64,000 bases of DNA from Spironucleus salmonicida (Eukaryota): positions 124,001 to 188,000 of the forward strand of contig NC_090596.1 in NCBI RefSeq assembly GCF_000497125.1, in the 5' to 3' direction. Positions 41,388 through 54,487 of this stretch are shown here, in pieces. Made by a program: the position numbers and the translations under genes. Below the pieces are notes generated by a model. It saw only the letters and a list, made by a program, of their open reading frames with translations. It was not told where the DNA came from and did no database searches. Numbering within the stretch: position 1 is the stretch's first letter; each line of letters begins with the position of its first letter.

Positions 41388-44300
41388 ATGTCAAGAAAAA
41401 TTAAAAAATAAGTAACTACTTCAGATCCTTATTAAATCACATAGTTATCTACATTTCTTGAAAAAGAATAATAAAGATATGAAGATATTTTAGCATCAAA
41501 TTGTATATTACGATAAGGTAGATCATTACTGTAGCACAATCGTTTTAATAACTTTTTCACCCATTAGAAACGAATACGAAAACTTATATTACAGGACACA
41601 TTTAATTCTATATATTAGGAAAGATAAATCTAACACAATCTTAGGTTAATATTTTGTTAACCTATATTGTAAGCTTGGAAAAAATCAACTAGAGATGTTT
41701 TAGAAGCAATTAAGTATCAAAACTAATAATTATTGTTAAAAAGCTATAAGGCATGGAATATAGAGAATATTTTATACATTCCAAATTATGATAAATATTA
41801 TAAATAAAAAGTCATTGAATTTTAAAGTAAAATATATAGAGAAGTTATGTAAGGTTTCATTTAATTTATTAAACTTAGAATTCGTTTTCTAAAAGGTATT
41901 TATGCTGGATATAAATGGAAATCTGTATTTAAATCAATTGAACAGTAATATAGTCCAATGCCACCATTTTAAAGATTTTAATAGTGGTTTGTACATATTT
42001 AATTGTAATCTAAAATTATTAAATAAAGATCTTAGCTAATTATGACGGTGGGTCCAGCTTTTCTCAGTTGGTTCTCATTAACATGGTAAAATCACAGAAG
42101 CACTATAATAAATAAATTTGCTCTAAGAAATTAGTTACTACTATATGGTTAATATTTTCATGCCTGGGTTATACATAAAAGGATGCAAAAAGAATATCTA
42201 CAAAAATATATTACTATTTGGAAAAATTTTATTGGGCTTACTGTAGAAAAAAAAATACATAAACATTATCTAAATAAATTTGAAGTTAGACATTCGATAT
42301 CCCAAGCTTTTCATAGATGGAAAAAATATATATTTGTTTAAGATATGGTTCTTAAATCTAAGTATTTAAAAGGAATTTATGGTGAGCACTCAGTATTAAA
42401 CTAATCTATTTTAGATGTTCGCCTTATACATCCTAGAGCTAATATTGCTATTGCATTTATTGGATCCTATTGTGAATAATATAAACCATTTAGTACTGCA
42501 GTAAAATGCTTATTTTAATGGAAATAATTACCAAAACAAAGAAAATCCTTTAATCGATTTTTCTTATTAGTTTACGGTGTTTTTAATGTTTTCAAGTCAA
42601 GGATACTACTGAGATATTGGATACAATAACATAAATTAATAGAATAAATTAATTTTGCTGAATTAGAAAATTAACTATTTCATGAATTCGCTAGTCTTGA
42701 GTTACTGAAAAGTATTATTGATATAGTTAGATGTTCTCCAGGTCATGCTTTACTTTAACTACGAAATAATGAAAAAATTGAAATTGAAAATTTTGCATTA
42801 ATACATAAATATAAGCGATTAATATTAACATTAGACGATGACGAAGTCAATGAATCTGTATCTGCTATTTTTAAGAAAAATAATGTTCATAATTTCATCT
42901 TATTCTTTTGGAAAGTAGTATTTAAGCTACTGACGGCATAATATAAATCATTAGAGCCAAATGTAAAAATATTTTAACTTAATAAAGTTAATGAGGATAA
43001 AGCAAATGAAAATTTTAAAGTTTAGGCAAAGTAATAAGAAAAAAATATGTCAAAACGATATGCTAATTTTATAGGCGAAATAGAAATTCATTTTTCAAAT
43101 TTATTTTCCAATGAACATAAATATAGTACAGATTTGCTTAAGCTATTTTAAAAAAACTAACTGTTAACTAAATATATTTAATAAAATTCCTAAAATGGCT
43201 TTAATATTCTAGCATAATCGCTGCTTACTAGTATAAATAATTTTTTACTTACTTCGAATGTGTAACTATAATCAACTACATTCAAAATTGGATAATATTT
43301 TGAAGGAACTGATTCAAATATTATTATTCCATAGAGCATGTTCTCTAATTTTATTTTATATAATACCCATGGAACCAACTCTCTTATTAAAAAAGAGGAA
43401 GAAAGAGCTAAGCAGACAAAAATGGCAATTTAAGCAGAAATATTTAGAAATAGATTTCCAAAAAAATAAATATTTAAATTATCAAATGATATAACAAATT
43501 GGTTAATTGGCTCCCTTGCATATTGCAATAATAAAGAGTATTAACTAGTATATTAAACCAGAAATAATATGCTAAAATCTTTATATTCAAATATATAGCG
43601 ACATTATTAGTACTAAACATGTATCCTCACTTGGTAATAATTAGGATAGAATGATGATGAAGATAACGATTAAACCTAAGTTTAAATGTCAGCAAATAGG
43701 TTTTAAACTGTAGATGCTAGAACGCAACAGTATGTCTAAGAGGCTATTGACTATGATATTAATAAAGAAGATTTAATTATACGAGAACTATTAGATAGAT
43801 AAAAATTATCTGGCGCTGACATTAACTTTGGGCCAATGATTAGTCGATAGAAAAAAGATAGATAGTAATTAAAAATAAAACCAGATAGTAAATTAAATGA
43901 GAAATAGTAATCCTCGATATAAGGATAAAATAAGAAACCAGCTCAAAATTAGTAGACCAAAATATAAGAATAGCTGAAGTAATCAGGATATTCGTTAGGA
44001 GAAATTAAAAATATTATGAATGAAGTTAAATAGAGCAACAGTAAAGATCATCTTAATGCACTATTATAAAAATATAAAGACAGAAATAAAGCCACGATAG
44101 AAGTAGATTAAGAGTATTTAGATGAATTAGAGCAAAATAATAAGTAAAACTAGAATATACCGTCTAAAATTACAGTTTCCTAAAAGTAAGATATTAAGCA
44201 TCCTAAATAAAAAATATCATAAAAATAAGCTATCAAAAAAGAAAATTCTAGATTAACTAACATTTCTAATGAGATATAAGATGTATAGATTACGAAAAAA

Positions 44301-47207
44301 TAACTAGAAATTGATATATAAGAAGACTAGAATTCATCTAGATTAAAAAATAAAATTAAGTTATAAAAATAAAAATTACCTTAGATATTATCAAATAAAT
44401 TATAAGAAATTAGTAATCTAGTTTAATCTGGCCTGACATAAGAATAAGCTGAAGCTTAATATTAAACGAGTATAGACTATTAAAATTAACAAGCTACCTA
44501 AATTTAGTCTACACAAAGTACGAAATATGCTATATCTAAATAAAATGAGAATCCAAATCCATTGTAGAACTAATCCAAACCATAAGATAAAAATAATAGT
44601 TCTACTAAAAATTAAAAAAATGGCAATCAGTCCAACATTAATAATGAATTAACAAAACTAAACAATATCAAAGAATAAATAATAGCTAATTTAGTGAGAA
44701 ATGGTATATCAAAGGAGCAGGCTGAGAAACTCTCCAGCAATTTAGGATAAAAATTGCTATAATAAAATTTAAACTCTGCATAAACTCTGAACTAATAAGA
44801 GATTGATTCTTATGTTTAATAATTAATTAACTAAGGATTTAGCAAAGATTAAGCCATTAGATTAGTTTTTAATGGAATTAAACCTGAAGATATTATTAAA
44901 CTTTTTAAAAATGGTATTAATCCATAGTAAAGCGATAGTTATTTTTAATAAGTTTTATAATGGAAATAAGAAAGTAATTAAGAAAAATAAGTTGAATAAT
45001 ATTAAAAATTCATAATTGATATGATTAATTAAGGGTTTACAAAAGACTAAGCAGAATTAATATTACTTGAATCCAAAAAGTAAGTCTAATCTGGAGCAGA
45101 ATCTTTTGAAATTAAATCAGTAAGGTCAAATAGTGAATAAGAATAACTTATAGAAAAATTATCTGATTCATAATTTACATTTGAATAAATTGAAAAAATT
45201 AAACAAAGTGGCATGAGTGTATAAGACATAGAATCCCTAATTTTATAAAAATAAAAAACTGGTGATGTAAATAGTATGTTAGATAGGTCGATAGAATTAA
45301 CTGTGAAATAACATTTAGAATTATTAAATTTTAACAATGAATTTATCAATAAATTTATCGCCTCATCTAATAATAAAGACTCTGTAGCGAATCTAATATC
45401 TAAAATAATTACAACAAAACTAGAAACTGATTAAGCTGCATATCTTTATGAATATATGATTAGCAATGATATTAAAGATCATAATTTATTAAAATAATTA
45501 GGTGAGATTATTACGCAAGATACTTTATTAGCACATATAATGTCAAATAATATTCCAAAGGATAATGTTATATAACTATTTTAAGATAGATAGTTATTAT
45601 CAACAATTTATACGATTGTTTTAGGTTCTACATCTTTATAAGATTTGAACTAAACAGTTTAGTAGTAGAAACGTAAGAAATATTAGGCATCGCTTAATTA
45701 ATTTGTGTTTAAGAGTACGAAAGAGCTTTCTACTAACATTAAATTAAATAAACGGGTTGAACGCCATTTAGACAAAGTAAATGATAGATTAATTTGTTAA
45801 TCGACTGATTTTGATCATGAATAATATTTTAAATTAGATTAGGTTCAATAGAAATGTTAAAATAAATAGCTACTATTAGATACAAGAAGAGAAAATTCGA
45901 TAATATCTAATACATCATTAAATAGCTTACTGTTTTTAGACGAGTAAGATATAAAACTAGATTAAAAAACAAAAAGCAATCAGCTAACTTTAGGAATTAA
46001 GAGTTTTGATAGAAGATATAAACGTGTAGTGTCTGCTCCTTTATATTATTTTAATTAACAGAAGATTTTATAAGGTATTCTGCTATGTCCATTTTCTGCT
46101 AGATGTATTAATCGTAATTAGAATTCAGATAATTAAAAGCATGGTTAATTATTATAATTGAATTCTACACAACTATAACTAAATAGATCCTTATGTATTA
46201 GCGAACATTCATGTTCTTTTATTTATAATGAATTATAAGTGGATTCCTTTTCTCAAAAATCATCTAAAAATTAAGGCAGATAACCTTAAACGAAGAGAAA
46301 TGTATTATAATCAAATTAATTAGATTCATCTATAAGAAACTAAATATAGTTTACAAACAATTAGTTATAATAATAATCATAGTCTGGCAAAAGAATTAAC
46401 ATTCGTATTAATAAACAAGATAGTGATTAATCAGTTCAAAATGAAGAATAATTATCAAATAGTTTCGTTACAACTCCAAAAACAAACACCCAAAAACATA
46501 CTCTTGTTAATGATTTTGATAAATTATTTAGTAAAATAGGGGTTTCAAAACTGCAAGATATAGTTGCTTAGCGGCATAATTAGTTGCTACAAGCACTAAA
46601 CAACTAGACCTAAGATGATAATTTTACGAAGAGACTAGCTAATTTAGCTAATTAAAATTAATCAGTGGTTAACAACTTATCTAAAAGCTAACATGATCAT
46701 AGTTCAAATGATTTAACTCTAGCATAAAACATCGAAAAACTATAGTTTAACTAAACACAACTCTCAAATTAATTAAATAATATTGCTGATTATAAATAAA
46801 TAGTTAGTTAAGGAAAAGTAGAAATCGCAGACGATATATTGAAAATGCTTAATAAAACGATCATAAAAGGCAGTTAAATTATTATCAATAAATAGACGAT
46901 TGAAGAACAAAATGTAATTGGATTTCGCTAGTGTGCATTACCATAAGCTTAAAAGATAAAACCTACTGCTCATTTGGCATCAAATCATAAGCAGCTTACG
47001 TATACACCATTTCCAACATAATTTCGCCCACTCATGACTATACAAAGTGGATCAAAATAATCTTAACAGTCGTATATAGCTCGTGTCATAGGTCCTGTTC
47101 CAGAAAGTGCAAGTTAAATATCTATGGAAGCAGTGTTTAAAGAAATAGCAGACCAAAAAGATCAATAAATTAAAAATCTAAAATAAAACTCATAATTTTT
47201 ATAGTGA
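41388..47207 (+). CDS. large protein with N-terminal Sfi1-like Trp repeats and Gln-rich remainder (~1939 aa)
   Basis: ILQAWKK, AIKAWNI, RFQQWFV, AFLSWFS, YFHAWVI, YITIWKN, AFHRWKK, CLFQWKQ, LLRYWIQ; ends TAG-TGA at 47205-47207. Confidence 0.7.
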
Positions 47208-47287
47208 TTTAATTAAATATATCTATTCGCTTAAGTGATTAATTGTTATCAGATATAATTAATAATGACGTATATTTTTAGGTTGAC

Positions 47288-48490
47288 TCACTCAAAATCA
47301 CCAAAATCTAAATTAACATCTTCTTCCTTTTTAATTAAATCTTTAGCATTAATATGAGCATGGCTTACCTATTTCTGATTTGATAAACTTCTTTTAGATT
47401 CAAATTAATAATCCCCAAAATCCTCATTTACTACTTACTAAGACTACATTTGTGCTATTTTTTCCTTGGTCCTAGTTATTGACTCGTGTTATTAGTATTA
47501 CTAATTACTTGGTGGTCTAGCAAATTTTGTTGTATCTTTTTAAAACCATTTATGGTTTAATAATTAATCTGTAGTACATCTTCTATCTGGGTTTAGCTCA
47601 AGCATATAAGATAAACAATCCATTGCTTCATCTGATGCAAATTTAATTTATTAAGTCAGCTTTTACTTTATTCTATTATGGCTCGCTCCAGTCTGGTATC
47701 TTGTAGTTGATCCTCCAGTAACGGACACAAAATTCATCTTTGATGCTAACTATTAATATTACGGCCACTCTTCGTCATAAAGCGGGCCAAGTTAACCCAA
47801 TATCATATTAATTTAATCTAATTCTGAATTACCAGGGAATAAACATTTATTGGTAAATAATTCAGCGAATACACATCCTATCGCCCAAACATCATTAGGT
47901 TTTCCATAACTTTGATCTTTCATAAGAAGCTCTATACTTCTATACCATCTAGTTCCAGCATAAAGTGAATGAATGGGTACTCTTTGCCTGGTTTCTTTAG
48001 CACATCCCAAATCAGCTATTTTAGGTATAACTGTTGACATTCCCGTTATTTAAATTCCTTCAGTACTATGTTATAAAAGTACATTTTCAGGTTTTAGATC
48101 TCTATGCATAAAGTCGTAAGAATGCATATGGTCTAAACCCTACAATACCTAGAAGCATATCTATCGAATTTCTACCTCTGGCATGCGAGCTGAAAGCTTT
48201 TAATTTTTTACTAATAGATCATAAAGTGAACCAGCATCAACAAACTCAAAGACAAAGTAAAATGTACCATCTTTTTCTCTAAAAGCTTCATATAACGTTA
48301 CGATATTTAGATTGGGTTTTATTTTTTAGAAAGATCGAAGCTCTATTTAATTCTTAGCAAGATTCCACGAATTAGTTTTTTAATGAATTTATTTCAATGC
48401 TACTATTTATTAAGTTTATTTATGTTGAGCCTTATAAACAATCCCATACGCCCCTGAACCTAACTCTTTTAAGATGGTATAATTTTGCAT
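47288..48490 (-). CDS. CMGC kinase, RCK (MAK/ICK/MOK-like) family (400 aa)
   Basis: LGSGAYGIVYKA, VALK, HRDLKPEN, IADLG, YAGTRWYRSIELL, DVWAIGCVFAEL, LFPGNSELDQ. Confidence 0.88.
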
Positions 48491-48589
48491 TTTGGGGAGT
48501 GGTCACAAAAATGTTTATCCAATAGATAGTACTAAAGTATCATGGAAATATTATAAATATATTATTTTATATAATAAAATTTAGATTAT

Positions 48590-49477
48590 ATGAAATGTTT
48601 TTAAAAAATTTCACTTCTACGATTTTCATAGACTCACACCTTTGATGTTAGCAGTGTTATTAATTATAAGATAGAACTGGTTATAATAATATAAGGCCTT
48701 AATACAGATTTCGATGCAGCGACAAAAAAATTACTTATTTTTACTTCTAGAATAGATTTTATGATGGAATAATCAATACATCTTTATAAAGATTGTATTT
48801 TTGATATATTACTGAGTTTAAACTTTCATCTCTTAACACCAACCATGCGAAAGCGAATATATAAACTTACATTTAATTTAGCAGATATGGTACAAGTTCC
48901 TTAATAGTTTTTATTGATGTTGTAAAACTTTTAAAACAACGAAGAACTTTCTCTATTCATAGATATTTCGACATAAATTTCAGACTTTTCAATTATTAAT
49001 TATATAATAGTTATCTCATAAAATTCATAAACAATGAAAAAAATCGCTCCTTCAGTAGTAACATTTTTCCTGGACGCATATAAACTAGTTGACTGCTCTG
49101 TTATTTTTGCTCTTTATATCTAGTATTTTCATCAGTAGAACATTAATTTCGAATTTATAGACGTAGAAATCGTAAAACAAACGGCTCTATCTAACTTCTT
49201 TTACTGCCGAATTGGTCTTAGTTTTTGTCTCCAATTCGATCTTCAAGTACCAATAAATGTACTTTTCGACAATTTAGCATCTATGGATTATAAAATTCAA
49301 ATTCTAGCAATGAAAATTTGCCTCATATCCGAACTTATAGTCTTTAAAAGTGCAATTAGTGAATGTTATCTATAGGTCCGTGCTGATTACCGTGTTGGAA
49401 ATTTCGACCTTTTAGATATTGAAATTATGATGGAAAAAAGTGGAAACTTCGAGGATTTAAATATATTAATAGATTGA
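48590..49477 (+). CDS. hypothetical protein (295 aa)
   Basis: Continuous frame from ATG 48590 (alternatives 48542, 49034) to TGA 49475-49477. Confidence 0.6.
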
Positions 49478-49479
49478 GA

Positions 49480-49959
49480 TCACTACTAAACAATAATTGG
49501 TAGTGATGCTGAAAGTGTGTCACACTAGTCTGCAAAGTCGGTTAGCATGCTTTCTGAGCGTTTATAGAAAACCTAGTTCATTTATTATTTACACTTTTTA
49601 AAAGGTCTGTTCACGTCCACATTATAATGCCCGACCCCTGGATTAGACTTAAAAGCATTCTAAGACTACTCCAAAAACGATAGTGGCCTATCATGTGCAT
49701 TAAATTTACTAGAGGTCGGTTATGGATGAATTTAGCTAAAATTGAGTGTATACGATCCAACTCCAGGTGTTGTAGACGTACCCCATAAACATTGCTTTGA
49801 AATAATATCGTTATCTTGTTTTCGCTTTATTTACTTAATTTCCATTAGCTTCAACCCATTGAAATATAGTGTATTTTTACTAGATTACTTTTTTTTCGTC
49901 GGTTGGTCGTGGGTGAATATAGAGGATGCAGATACAGGCCGGTTCCACCATGAAGACAT
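49480..49959 (-). CDS. sperm-tail PG-rich (STPG/SHIPPO) repeat-like protein (159 aa)
   Basis: Two repeats, TTPGVGSYTL and SNPGVGHYNV; C-rich motif ACTTTCCCG upstream; TAG-TGA stop. Confidence 0.65.
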
Positions 49960-50009
49960 TTCTGCGTTCAACGGGAAAGTGATAATAAAATAAATAATAT
50001 ATGTATATA

Positions 50010-53000
50010 TCACTTTTTATAATCCGCCATTAGTTACTTAACTATTATTTTTTAATATGGCTCTAGCTTAGTTTACAATAAATAAGATTAAATTCCGATT
50101 TATTTAAATGTACTTCTTACTTCATCGTTTAACTTTGATAGATTAAAGATTTATAAAAACAAATCTTTAAGTTGTGGCCTGGAACGCATGTTTATTGTTT
50201 ATAATAATTCTAATGGGAGTCCTGATTCGATAAACCCTGAATAATAATTGTTTTCAAACAGGTAAATAATCAAAATTAGAATATCATGAATATGTTCATC
50301 GTTAAATTAATTAAACTTTTTAATGTTAGCTTTATAAAAATTTAGTATTATATTTTCTATATTTGCCATTTTTAAATCAACAGATTTAACACACGTATAA
50401 AATAAGCAATAGCTTTATGATTAAAAGTTAGGTTTTGAATATAAAGCTAAAATTCTATCTCCAAAAGTATTTAATACCTCTAATTCTTTACCTAATAAAA
50501 TCTACTTTGTTAAAAATAATAATGACTTAAGTACATCATCTTAAAGTTGAATTTAAAAAATAAAATCTAAAAATGATATACTTATTTCTTCAATTTTAAT
50601 TTTTTGTTATTATAAATTAAGTAGTAAAAAATATATTAAATCTCTTAAAAAATTATAATCAGGCAGCCTTTATAATTTTAAGAAAACATTATAGTATTAT
50701 TATATAACCGATTATCCTAATAAAAATGGTTTAATATTGTCATCTAAAATGAAATTTTATTAAAAACTTTATTCAGATAAAAATGCTACTGTTGAATCAA
50801 TAAAAATTTTACCAAGCTTTTATGATCCCTAAACTACAAAATTATAAAACTATTAATTTAAAGTGAAAGTATGATGGTTAACTAATTTTATTTCTTCTAT
50901 AGTAGATTTTTAAATGCTGCTATGAAGTGATTACCCAAATTTTGTTTATCTACTTGATGGAGTTTTTGCAAGCTTTTAATTATTTAAATATTGCACACTC
51001 ATACTTTAAGATAAAGATTCGTAATCTACTTTTTCTACTTCTTAATTTTTAAATTAGCCTACTGTTACAGTTCGTACTGCCAATAAAAGATAGACATAAA
51101 ATAATTCAACCTCTTCATAAGGATAAAATATAATCAGTTATTAAAGATATTGAACATTAAATAACTATTCTAAAAATGGTAAATCTAATTTATATTATTT
51201 GCCTAAAGAAATAGTATTTAAAATAATCTAAAAAGATAATCCATATTGCAATACAAATTAATTTTACAACAATAAATTAAGAAGCTATATAATTAAATCA
51301 AGATTAATACTACTAGGATATATTTAATGTAATTCTGCTTGTGTAATTGATATTGAAGATAATAATTACTTATTATCTTATTAAATTTATGCTTATAAAC
51401 CGACTAATTTTTGATATTTTTAATTAAATATAATAATGTTCGTGCATAATCTACAAATTGGTTCTAAAAATCCTTATTATTTGGTATTGAAAATTGATGT
51501 TCTTTAAATTTTATTTGACGATGAATTTAAAAATGTTACTATATTATCCATTAAACTATCATTTATATTATTAACAAAATTAAAAACTGAGGGGGAAAGC
51601 TAAAACACATTTTAAATTATTTATTAAACATCATTAAAATCTGTATTAATATAACTTTTTATTAATTATTCTAAACAATTCTACTCACATTTAAGAATAA
51701 ATGATTCAAAAATATTAATAACTTGAGCTAACAGTAATTAAAATAGATAAAGTAACTAGTAAAGCAATTTACTCTATGTTTAGTTGCTTTCTATTTTTAA
51801 AATATTCAATATAATTTATTCTAATAATTTATTCAGATACTCAGGATCCAAATCTTAATTATTTTATTCAATAACTATAATTAAAAGTTAAATATTTAAT
51901 ATACTACAATTTTCCATTGTAAAAGAATTAATCGTTTTATATACCAAACTATTAGTCTTATCTGTTACTTCAAAAATTATGTCTATAGCTTTTTAATTAT
52001 TTGTATTATTCTCACTTAAAACTTTGGTAACTAATTAAGTTATTACAGGATCGTTGAAAATTTATTACTAAAAATAACGTTTAGAATCAATTATTAACTA
52101 TAATATCAAGCTGATAAGTTCATTGCTAATCTAAGACTAAAATAGCTTATACTAAATCTATTGCTTTTATAATATTATTTTGTTGTTTTCATTCTTACAA
52201 TTAGTACATAATACTTTTTTCATAGAACAGCCACAAATTGTTTGTATATTTATATTTAGTATTTTAAAATCATCTTAGAAAATTTAATAACCATCATTTT
52301 TAAATATTTAAACATAATCTTTACTAAATAGCTATGATTGACAAAAATAGGTTGCATATTAGCTAGTAAAATGTTAAAATATTGTCGGATATATTATATT
52401 TTTAAGTAGTAAGTATCCTACTTTATCCTAAGTTGTTTATATAAGATAAAAACTAGCAACAATACAAATATTGTAAAATAACTTTTATTATTTTAACTCT
52501 TATTCTGTATTCTAATAGCAAGATAAATAGTTTCTAAAATTAAAAAAAACATGAAATTTATAATCTTCAATTAACTTTCTATCAGATATTATAATAGTGC
52601 ATTATTCAGTAAAAATAATATCAATAACAATATTTAAAATATTCGCTATTTTAATAATATTTTATCTATCTAAATTAATATTTCTATCAATGAATTACAA
52701 AATACTTTAAGAATCAATTTATTCTGAAAAGCAAAATTCATATAATTGTGGATCTATTTTTTAAATTATTAGAAACAATTACTATAATAAATCTAAATTA
52801 ATATCAGTGTTAATAATATCTAATTCTTAAAATTGATCAACTGACTAATAATCCTCTACTTAAATATCGTGCAGTTATAATTATGCTGGTAACTTTTTAA
52901 AGTTCTATAATAGTACCAATTATAAATACTACTAATAAATTGTACTAGTATATCCACTCATAGCAACCTAATATTGATCTTCATATTTATCTAAAATGCT

Positions 53001-54422
53001 TAGAACACTATTATTAATTGTATTAAGATAATTAACGTCATCAATAGAAAATTTTAATAAAGTCTTGTTAAATAAATAATCATTATTATATTCATGACAT
53101 TAAAACTTGATGTCTAAGGGAAATTATTAATCGTTCATTTTTTCCACAAATTAATAATGTTATAAAACAAGTCTAGTCTGTAAGAATATTTTATCTAAGT
53201 TTAGCTCTTCTTTGCCTAATTCCTCAACTAACTATTATTTAAGAACATTAAGTTTGTTATTATTTAGTAATATTTTGTCTGTTTATGCAGAATCTTTATT
53301 TTCTGCTAATTGCTATTATTACTATAGAGGGCTTATGATACTATTTTTTTCATATTGATGACTTTATAAAAATTCTGATAAAATTTGTTTATTCTCTTTA
53401 GATTAAATTTAATCTTATTGAGCACCCTAATCTTACTTGACAGCAATATACGATGGGTCTAAAATGCTTATAATCGTATTTTCATTTTCTTAAATATCTT
53501 CGGAGATTTATACAATATGTTGATATAAATTATTAGGTATAATTGATTAATTACGATTACGAATTCCTGTTTACAAAATTATTCCAGATTATTATGATTT
53601 ATACATGTTATTATCTAATTTTTTGTGCCTATTCTTTGGTTGCATAAACTGACATGGTTAATCGTCGAAAAAGTATTTTGAATTATCAACATTTGGAGAA
53701 ATTCTAGCATTAAGCAAAAATGTTCTTTTCATTATTTTAGGCCAATTCATTTCTTATAATATTACTTAGCACAAAAAATGAACTGATAGCATTTCATACT
53801 AACTATTTGCTGAATTCTACGTTTATTCTGCAATCGAAGTATCATAAGAAAGACGATCACATAAATCACATGTTTATGTCTATAGTGGCTGCAAGAAAAG
53901 GACTTACGAATCTGTTACCAATGATATACACGACTTATATATGTTAATAAGATCCTATTTTGATGTCCAACATGAGCATGGTAATTTAAAGAATTTTTTA
54001 ACTGATAAACATATATACTGATCTTCAAATATTAAAACATCTCTTATTGTAGTAGATCCTACATAAAGTTTATGCTTATGTGCCATAAACACACCCATTG
54101 CTATCGAATATACCGCTAATTATAATTAATTATCTGTTAATTCTGATTTATAAAGGAAATCATTTAATGTAATTTATGGTCTTCTTACTATTAAAATTAA
54201 TTATTTATTCTGTACAAAAAAATCATATATAGTTTAAATAAATGGCAACTATGCTTCTTTTAAATACTTTGCAACAAATTCAAAAAACTAATACTCATCT
54301 TAGCTATTTATTGGTAAAATAACAGCAGCCAATAATAATTCGGTATGTATGATATGCTTCACAGGGACCCATCCATCATCCGTTATCTGCACTTATAATG
54401 TTTCATAACAGTTAATGCACAT
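50010..54422 (-). CDS. pseudokinase-like N-terminus with long helical repeat region, possibly ULK4-like (~1470 aa)
   Basis: IQTIYDFFVQNKQLILIVRRPQITLNDFL...AVYSIAMGVFMAHKHKLYVGSTTIRDVLI has kinase subdomain IV-VII spacing without HRD/DFG; the remainder is Leu/Ile/Gln-rich helical. Confidence 0.55.
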
Positions 54423-54487
54423 TTTATTTCGAAAATTAAATAATATCATATATATTAAACTAATAATTAAATCGAAATCACTCTAAA

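Noticed and set aside
49742-49993. Plus-strand 83-aa ORF from the track
   Set aside because: Overlaps the better-supported minus-strand STPG-repeat gene, which has the C-rich motif and AGTGA stop.
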